Of a stretch of DNA of 64,000 bases, positions 57,624-64,000 are shown in pieces. This DNA comes from a virus (Duplodnaviria > Caudoviricetes): positions 13,908 through 77,907 of the IMG/VR virus record IMGVR_UViG_3300012933_000171; one strand, given 5' to 3'. Under the pieces are notes generated by a model. That model made no database searches, was not told the DNA's origin, and saw only the letters and a list, made by a program, of their open reading frames with translations. Both the position numbers and the translations under genes were made by a program. Within the stretch, counting starts at the first letter, position 1. Each line of letters starts with the position of its first letter.

Positions 57624-58451
57624 TTACTCGTCAACTGCACCTTTGCACTTGGCACGTTTAGCGTTCGTTAAAGCGCCAAAGTTTACTGGCCATTCAGTTC
57701 CCGGAGCTAACTCTTTAGCATTTGCTGGGAACATATACTGAACCCCTGCTTCTTTCATAATGTCGGCAACTGGCACACGGAACTTAGTCAAATCATTTCC
57801 TAAGTTAACGTATGGCTTAGTGTGAGGGAATCTCCAACCTGCAACTTGTCCTGTTTGATTGTTGATAACAATCTTGTAGAACCCATGAGGAACGATAACG
57901 TCTTTGCTCTTGCCAATGAATTCATCACCAGCGCCATACATAGCTCCAACGAATATCGTATAGCTTTGGTTCGTTTGTACTGCCCAACCACGTACTGAAG
58001 TTTCCAGTAACTTCCAGATTCCACGGTTTAGACTTCCATGCTGTGGATACATGTTTGTCATTAAAAAACTCTCGTATTCCACTTGCTGGGTGTAAGATAG
58101 GTCACCATCCGGCGCCGCGTGTCCCTTGTCGTATCCTGTACCAGCATAGTCATCAGGTCTTGCACCTGTGCCATTTAAAGACTGGTCAGCCACGAAGGCG
58201 TTTGTTCTGGGAAAGCAACCTAATGCGTTTTCAGGCTTTAATGTATACGCTACATAAGCCGGAATTTTAACTGGTGCGTCATAAGCGACTAGATAGCCCT
58301 CTCGGCAAATTGCACTTACTTGACGCTGTGTGTTTGCAAACCCATATGGACTATGGACTTGACATTGTTGAACGGGTAGAGGGGCTCTTTGGTCCCATGC
58401 TTGTGCGGATGCTGATACAACTAACAACAATCCTAATAGAAATTTACGCAT
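57624..58451 (-). CDS. DNA/RNA non-specific endonuclease (NucA/EndoG family) with signal peptide
   Basis: YDKGH, SFLMTNMYPQ...NRGIW..LE; N-terminal MRKFLLGLLLVVSASAQA. Confidence 0.9.
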   Translation of the reverse strand: MRKFLLGLLLVVSASAQAWDQRAPLPVQQCQVHSPYGFANTQRQVSAICREGYLVAYDAPVKIPAYVAYTLKPENALGCFPRTNAFVADQSLNGTGARPDDYAGTGYDKGHAAPDGDLSYTQQVEYESFLMTNMYPQHGSLNRGIWKLLETSVRGWAVQTNQSYTIFVGAMYGAGDEFIGKSKDVIVPHGFYKIVINNQTGQVAGWRFPHTKPYVNLGNDLTKFRVPVADIMKEAGVQYMFPANAKELAPGTEWPVNFGALTNAKRAKCKGAVDE

Positions 58452-58532
58452 AAATGCTCCTTAAATAGTCTACTATTTATACCCAAAATGTTCCTTCGCT
58501 ACAGATAAATACATGATATTGGAATCTAAACT

Positions 58533-59321
58533 ATGACCACAGTTAATCAAGTTGATATAGGTATTGTACCTAACGATGCCGGCGGTGACCCGCTCAGAGT
58601 TGCCTTTGCAAAGATTAATGATAACTTCAACTATCTTTCAAGTCTCGCCCCGAACGGACCTGAAGGTGCAGTGCAATACATTTATGACGGTTTGTCTAAA
58701 GGTGACGCTAACCTTGTATACAATCAAGTTACCGGCGTACTTGATATTAATATCGACACGATTCCACTGAGGGACAATGAACTTGATTTAGGCTCAGACG
58801 TACAGCGTTTTGCTCATCTTTATTTAGGTACTACTGGTGTCTCTATCGGTCACGTATCCATTGCTCAAACTGACTTAAACACATTGTCATTCCCCGCTAT
58901 CGGAGGGTTAGAACCAGAGAATGCAAGCATCAACGTTAAGAACGTAAATGCAGACGGTAACGTAAACGTATCAGGATCATTAGTAGTCAACGGTTCTTCT
59001 AGCGGAACTATCACAGTCATTACAAATGATAACTCAACTAACCAAGTAGTATTTGAGTTACCAGTTTCAGATTTTGACAATGGCACATTTCAAATTACTT
59101 CACGCAGCTTAGTTGACACTAACAGTCAGAAAGTAACCTTAGAAGTATTGAAAGCAACGTCAAACATTGCTGTTAAGTTCTCGGCATTCGGTACATTGTT
59201 CTCAGGAGCACCTATCACTAGATATAATGCTGATGTAGGTTACGGCAATGTAAGAGTAATGGTGAATCCTATGTTCAATCAAGATATCGAGCACTCAATT
59301 AAGTTCACGATAAATACATAA
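58533..59321 (+). CDS. Baseplate gp9/gp10-like structural protein
   Basis: N-terminal IGIVPNDAGGDPLRVAFAKINDNF. Confidence 0.7.
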   Translation: MTTVNQVDIGIVPNDAGGDPLRVAFAKINDNFNYLSSLAPNGPEGAVQYIYDGLSKGDANLVYNQVTGVLDINIDTIPLRDNELDLGSDVQRFAHLYLGTTGVSIGHVSIAQTDLNTLSFPAIGGLEPENASINVKNVNADGNVNVSGSLVVNGSSSGTITVITNDNSTNQVVFELPVSDFDNGTFQITSRSLVDTNSQKVTLEVLKATSNIAVKFSAFGTLFSGAPITRYNADVGYGNVRVMVNPMFNQDIEHSIKFTINT

Positions 59322-59322
59322 T

Positions 59323-59691
59323 ATGAGAGCAACCGAATTCATCAGTGAGTCTAGTGAAAAGAAAATTTCTAAAAGACAGCAAGAGCCTACAAAGGGCTTG
59401 AACACATATGGCGATAGTGAGCACGTAAGCGGGGATTACACTGGTTATAGATTGGGCATGGCAGTTGCTGGAGCAGATGGTAAAACCCCGTTAGATATGA
59501 AGGCTAAAAGTTGGGTAGGTAAAAAGAAAACAACTCATCCATACACCAAAGAAGAACAAGATATGCTTAAACAAGCATACAAAGCAGTCGGTGCAGAATA
59601 TACTGACGTAAACAGTGGGGACATGGCTAGTAAAGAACTAGAAGATACTCACAAAGTCAGTCCTGTAACTGGCTTCAAAGGCTTCAAATAA
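59323..59691 (+). CDS. Hypothetical late protein (MRATEFISE)
   Basis: Late promoter upstream; N-terminus resembles head-internal proteins. Confidence 0.6.
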   Translation: MRATEFISESSEKKISKRQQEPTKGLNTYGDSEHVSGDYTGYRLGMAVAGADGKTPLDMKAKSWVGKKKTTHPYTKEEQDMLKQAYKAVGAEYTDVNSGDMASKELEDTHKVSPVTGFKGFK

Positions 59692-59728
59692 AAATTTTCA
59701 ACCTATACTTCTGTCTGTAAATAGAAGT

Positions 59729-60418
59729 ATGATTGACATTAACAACACCCTAGACTTACTTAAACTCAAATTCTATAACGAATGGTTGTACACTAGCCAT
59801 TTAGCAGACGAAGGAGAGTCAAAACTTCACAGTTCATTAACCAAGCAAATCGTACCTAATTATGTTGAACCATTAAACTTACGTAAAGATGGTTTTATCG
59901 TAGATATTGGCTGCGGCGTAGGTTACTTCTTGGACGAGATGAAAGAACGAGGATTCACTAATGTAGTGGGCACTACTCTCAGTGAAAACGATGCCAAGAT
60001 TTGTAAAGAAAAAGGACACGATGTACGCATTCATGACCCTAGCTTCTTGCCACAAACAGATGGGTTCCATGATGAAAGCGTTGATTTCATTTTCTTACGT
60101 CACACTTTACAACAAAGTCCATATCCTATTCTAAGTTTGACTGAATACAATCGTATTTTGCGTCAGTTTGGTAAAATGTACATTGAAGTACCTGCACCCG
60201 AATGCGAACGTAAGCATGAATTTGTTTCTAGTAACTACAGTGTTTTGGGTATGGTTCAATGGATTGCATTGCTTGAACGAACTGGATTTAACATTGACAA
60301 GTTCAACAATTTAGAGTTTGATGTGACAGTAACAACACCAGAAGGTGAATCAAAGTCTATCAAGGAAAAGTATTTTGCTATCTCTGTTACAAAACAAAGG
60401 CCGCTAGATATCAAATAA
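59729..60418 (+). CDS. Class I SAM-dependent methyltransferase
   Basis: VDIGCGVG motif I; RILRQFGKMYIEVP. Confidence 0.85.
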   Translation: MIDINNTLDLLKLKFYNEWLYTSHLADEGESKLHSSLTKQIVPNYVEPLNLRKDGFIVDIGCGVGYFLDEMKERGFTNVVGTTLSENDAKICKEKGHDVRIHDPSFLPQTDGFHDESVDFIFLRHTLQQSPYPILSLTEYNRILRQFGKMYIEVPAPECERKHEFVSSNYSVLGMVQWIALLERTGFNIDKFNNLEFDVTVTTPEGESKSIKEKYFAISVTKQRPLDIK

Positions 60419-60425
60419 ATAGTTG

Positions 60426-60695
60426 ATGACGTTCGACCCATTCAAACAAGCACAACTAATGAACGGATTTGATAAACTCAAGTCCGTTTCCATACCTGCG
60501 CAAAACGTTGATGAGTTGGGCGACCTAAAGAAACTAGCAGGGATAGATAATCAACCTAGCTACGGTGAGAACACTAGTGCTTACGCAACGAATTTAGGAC
60601 AGATACAACGTGAACGAAATATCAAACCGGGCACAGATGAATGGTTCAGATTGTGGTTTAGTAAAACTACACTCACTGGTGAGAAACCATATTAA
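60426..60695 (+). CDS. Hypothetical protein (IKPGTDEWFRLWF)
   Basis: ATG 4 nt after TAAATA. Confidence 0.6.
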   Translation: MTFDPFKQAQLMNGFDKLKSVSIPAQNVDELGDLKKLAGIDNQPSYGENTSAYATNLGQIQRERNIKPGTDEWFRLWFSKTTLTGEKPY

Positions 60696-60721
60696 CCAAA
60701 AAATACTAACTAAATAAAATT

Positions 60722-62269
60722 ATGAGCGGAACACCTACCTTAATCAAAAACCCGTACGAGAAAACGAAGTTTGCCGACGAGAAAGAATTAAACGACTTTA
60801 TCAAGTGCTGTGACCCTAACACAGGTCCAATGTACTTCATGGATAACTTCTTTATGATTCAGCATCCTACAAAAGGATCGATGAACTATCACCCGTACGA
60901 ATATCAGAAACGATTGATTGAAAACTATCACAACAATCGTTACTCAATCTCATTGATGCCTCGACAAACAGGTAAGTCAACAAGTGCTGCTGGATATCTA
61001 TTGTGGTACGCTATGTTTGTACCTGACTCAACGATTCTAATTGCGGCACACAAATATACAGGTGCTCAAGAAATTATGCAACGTGTGCGCTATGCATACG
61101 AGAACTGCCCTGACCATATTAAAGCAGGTGTCACAACATACAACAAAGGCTCATTAGACTTTGAGAACGGCTCACGTATTGTTTCAGCAACAACTACTGA
61201 AAACACAGGTCGTGGTATGTCTATTACACTATTATACCTAGACGAATTTGCGTTCGTTCGACCAAGTATTGCGAAAGAGTTCTGGACTGCTATCACTCCT
61301 ACTCTATCTACTGGTGGTAAAGCGATTATCACTTCAACTCCTAACTCAGACGAAGACCAGTTTGCTTTAATCTGGAAGCAAGCTAACAAGTGTGAGGATG
61401 CATTCGGTAATAAAACAGAGTTAGGCGTTAACGGCTTTAAAGCATACAAGTCTGACTGGAGAGAACATCCCGACCGTGATGATGCGTGGGCAGAGCAAAT
61501 GAAGGCTCAGTTAGGTGAAGATAGATTCCGTCGAGAAATCGGTTGTGAATTCTTGATTGCTGACGAGACACTAATTAATCCAAACACATTGATTGATATG
61601 TCCGGGGTCGAGCCTAGTTTTAGACAAGGACAAATACGTTGGTACAAGAAACCAGAGAAGGGTAATATCTACGTAGTAGGTTTAGATCCTTCTCTAGGTA
61701 CAGGTGGCGACAACGCTGCTATTCAAATCTTCGAAGCTAGTACTACTACACAAATCGGTGAGTGGAAACATAATAAGACTGATATACCTAGTCAAATTAA
61801 ACTGGTTGCCCAAATCAACAAGTACATTGTAGAGTGTACGAATGAACCTAACAACTTATACTACTCATTTGAAAATAACTCTATCGGTGAAGCCGCGTTA
61901 GTCTCACTTGCAGAGTATGGGGAAGCAAATATACCCGGTATCTTTATCTCAGAGCCCGGAAAGAAGCGCAAAGGCTTCAATACTAGTCACAAAACCAAGA
62001 TTACAGCGTGTGCTAAGTTTAAAACGTTATTAGAATCAAAGAAGATGCAGGTTCACAGTCATAGTTTGATTACTGAGCTAAAGAGCTTTGTTGCTCTGGG
62101 CAACAGTTTCCAAGCAAAAATCGGTGAGACTGATGACTTGGTAATGGCCTGTTTGCTAGTAGTGCGTATTTTACAGCAATTAAGCGATTTCCACTACAAT
62201 TTAGAAGAACAGATGCGAGACCATGACGATATAGTGATGCCTTTACCCTTCTTTGCAATCCTGGGTTGA
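60722..62269 (+). CDS. terL: Terminase large subunit (T4 gp17-like)
   Basis: PRQTGKS, YLDEFAF, ITSTPN, GLDPS and DDLVMA motifs. Confidence 0.95.
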   Translation: MSGTPTLIKNPYEKTKFADEKELNDFIKCCDPNTGPMYFMDNFFMIQHPTKGSMNYHPYEYQKRLIENYHNNRYSISLMPRQTGKSTSAAGYLLWYAMFVPDSTILIAAHKYTGAQEIMQRVRYAYENCPDHIKAGVTTYNKGSLDFENGSRIVSATTTENTGRGMSITLLYLDEFAFVRPSIAKEFWTAITPTLSTGGKAIITSTPNSDEDQFALIWKQANKCEDAFGNKTELGVNGFKAYKSDWREHPDRDDAWAEQMKAQLGEDRFRREIGCEFLIADETLINPNTLIDMSGVEPSFRQGQIRWYKKPEKGNIYVVGLDPSLGTGGDNAAIQIFEASTTTQIGEWKHNKTDIPSQIKLVAQINKYIVECTNEPNNLYYSFENNSIGEAALVSLAEYGEANIPGIFISEPGKKRKGFNTSHKTKITACAKFKTLLESKKMQVHSHSLITELKSFVALGNSFQAKIGETDDLVMACLLVVRILQQLSDFHYNLEEQMRDHDDIVMPLPFFAILG

Positions 62270-62293
62270 TAAATACATTATCGGATAATAAAA

Positions 62294-63493
62294 ATGCCAA
62301 AAAATCAAGATTCACTAAACAACAGCTTATTCTCATTCCTGCAAAGCAGAGGTTACGACCCTGTACTATTTGACAGTTCTGGTAAGGAAATGCCAGTTCC
62401 TGAAGAAGCAGAAGTATTCCAATTCAACTTTGTCAAGGACGATGTAGATTACGGAAAAGTCACAGTTACGATTGACGGCTTACGTCAATTGATTGTGTAC
62501 TATGGCAAGGATGTTGAATCTAGTCCAAAGGGCGGATCAGCAGACAGCGAATCATGGCATGCTTTATTAAAGAAACTATCATTGTTTTCACATAACAACC
62601 AATTGAGTTTCGACACACGTTATATGGATAGGTTAAAATACGATATGGCAAAAAGAGCACACAATAAAAAACTTGACGAGGGTTACTACCCAATGGGCAA
62701 GACAAAGAGTTTCAGTGACAACATTCCTGAATGTAAGATTGTCATTCAGCACAGCAGAGCTATTGAAGAAGGTGAACAACGTTACCGCAACGTTGCAAAG
62801 ATTTTCATTGAGAATGCTCAAGGTGAGCGTTTCTTAGCACCGACAACTAAGCCTGGCTTAGCACGTGTATATGCTAGACATATCGCGGAAGGTGGAACAC
62901 CGTACGATGAGCGTGGTCATCACATCACTAGCTTAATCGAAGAATACTCAAAGATGGCAGGATTTGTTCGTGCTACTCGTGGTGCGCAGTTCAATGAATC
63001 AGCACAGCGTATTGTAGCTGAAGGCATTAATCATTATCAAGGCTTACGTGAAACACTTCACAAGATGGCAGGTAAAAAGGGCTATACTAATTACTTTGAA
63101 TCTTGGACACCTCCTTTGATGGAAGATGAAGAACAAGCTGACTTATCAGAAATGTTTATGTCTAGTTCACTTGATCCTCGTATCGAATCAGTTATGCCAA
63201 TCTTAGGCAAACTTAGTAAGAACGTAACAGAGGACGCATCCATGAGAGAAGTTTCACAGTTTGAGAATTGGGCGAATGAAATCATTGAGAGCCAATTCTC
63301 TGATGATGACATGGAAGATTTGTCAGAAGCCAAAGATGAAGACGAAGATGAAGCCGATTACGATGACGACTATCAAGAAATGGTAAAGCGTGTCGGAGAG
63401 AAAGCTAAGGCGCAAGAGAAGGCTAAAGAACCTGAACCAGAAAAGGTTGACGAATCAGACGAACTAATGAAGATTCTACGACTAATCAAATAA
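62294..63493 (+). CDS. Hypothetical protein with acidic C-terminus
   Basis: 399 aa, downstream of TAAATA at 62270. Confidence 0.7.
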   Translation: MPKNQDSLNNSLFSFLQSRGYDPVLFDSSGKEMPVPEEAEVFQFNFVKDDVDYGKVTVTIDGLRQLIVYYGKDVESSPKGGSADSESWHALLKKLSLFSHNNQLSFDTRYMDRLKYDMAKRAHNKKLDEGYYPMGKTKSFSDNIPECKIVIQHSRAIEEGEQRYRNVAKIFIENAQGERFLAPTTKPGLARVYARHIAEGGTPYDERGHHITSLIEEYSKMAGFVRATRGAQFNESAQRIVAEGINHYQGLRETLHKMAGKKGYTNYFESWTPPLMEDEEQADLSEMFMSSSLDPRIESVMPILGKLSKNVTEDASMREVSQFENWANEIIESQFSDDDMEDLSEAKDEDEDEADYDDDYQEMVKRVGEKAKAQEKAKEPEPEKVDESDELMKILRLIK

Positions 63494-63547
63494 GGGAAAA
63501 TAAACCTCACAAAAATGTGAGGTTTGCCATATCTGGCATAAATACTA

Positions 63548-63575
63548 TTGACATAAGAGAATAGTCTGCTATACT
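63548..63575 (+). promoter_or_regulatory. Sigma70-like promoter next to a late TAAATA (63539-63544) for the SSB gene
   Basis: TTGACA-16-TATACT with extended -10 TG. Confidence 0.7.
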
Positions 63576-63653
63576 ATCACTTGTGTTAGTCACTAATAGG
63601 TAGTGGCGAATTTAAAAAAGAGACCATCTCAATTTATATAAGGAAAATTTATT

Positions 63654-64000
63654 ATGGCAACATCTTTAGCAGAAATCCGCGCTCGTCTTGCAGCGCAAGA
63701 AAACAAGTCTTCAGGCAAATCAAACGCCCAATCAGATAACTCAGTTTACCCCCACTGGAACATGGATGAAGGTACAACAGCTACCATTCGTTTCTTACCA
63801 GATGCGGACCCAAACAACACCTACTTCTGGGTAGAAAAACAAATCATCAAATTGCCATTCAATGGTGTTAAAGGTGATTCTAACATGAAGCAAGTTATTG
63901 TTCAAGTCCCATGTAACGACATGTACGAACCTAACAGTTGCCCTATCTTGGCAGAAGTTCGTCCTTGGTACAAAGACGAGTCATTGAAAGAAATGGCAAA
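63654..64000 (+). CDS. Single-stranded DNA-binding protein (T4 gp32-like), 3'-truncated
   Basis: MATSLAEIRARL...ATIRFLPD...FWVE...VPC...CPI; AAGGA RBS. Not in the ORF track. Confidence 0.85.
   Translation, partial: MATSLAEIRARLAAQENKSSGKSNAQSDNSVYPHWNMDEGTTATIRFLPDADPNNTYFWVEKQIIKLPFNGVKGDSNMKQVIVQVPCNDMYEPNSCPILAEVRPWYKDESLKEMA

Noticed and set aside
60722-62269. Intein or intron in terminase
   Set aside because: The 515-aa ORF has contiguous ATPase and nuclease motifs and no splice-junction signature.
4938-63333. Many short antisense or alternate-frame ORFs in the track (e.g. 8906..9256, 28327..28845, 42243..42677, 54829..55245, 61090..61449)
   Set aside because: They are nested in well-supported genes and have no RBS or recognisable motifs.
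1-64000. Genome-wide TAG reassignment (code 15-like)
   Set aside because: Coding density is already near complete under the standard code, including a >3790-aa ORF. Only one in-frame TAG was found.

Overview
This is a 64-kb segment of a large, AT-rich, T4-like tailed phage (myovirus-type). The host is probably a Gram-negative proteobacterium, judging from the spanin-like pair and the tmRNA tag ANDESYALAA. Left to right it holds: a giant virion/baseplate protein and tail genes (1-14.4 kb); a ~15-kb glycosylation and sugar-modification locus (14.7-30.0 kb); a translation/stress region with a permuted tmRNA, HNH, ahpC-ahpD and a tRNA (30-35 kb); a minus-strand island of paralogous virion/tail-fibre genes with a tandem 2OG-Fe(II) oxygenase (35.3-49.4 kb); early genes (AAA+ ATPase, vWA-metallopeptidase), folA, thyA, spanins, a nuclease, terminase and the start of a gp32-like SSB. 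The top observation is a candidate targeted amber-readthrough system. A CCA-ending tRNA with anticodon CUA (32872-32948) is hidden inside a protein ORF. About 370 nt downstream, a gene with a late promoter and strong RBS carries an in-frame TAG at codon 5 (33317-33892). None of the ~70 plausible genes I checked ends in TAG. All calls come from reading motifs by eye; no searches were run.
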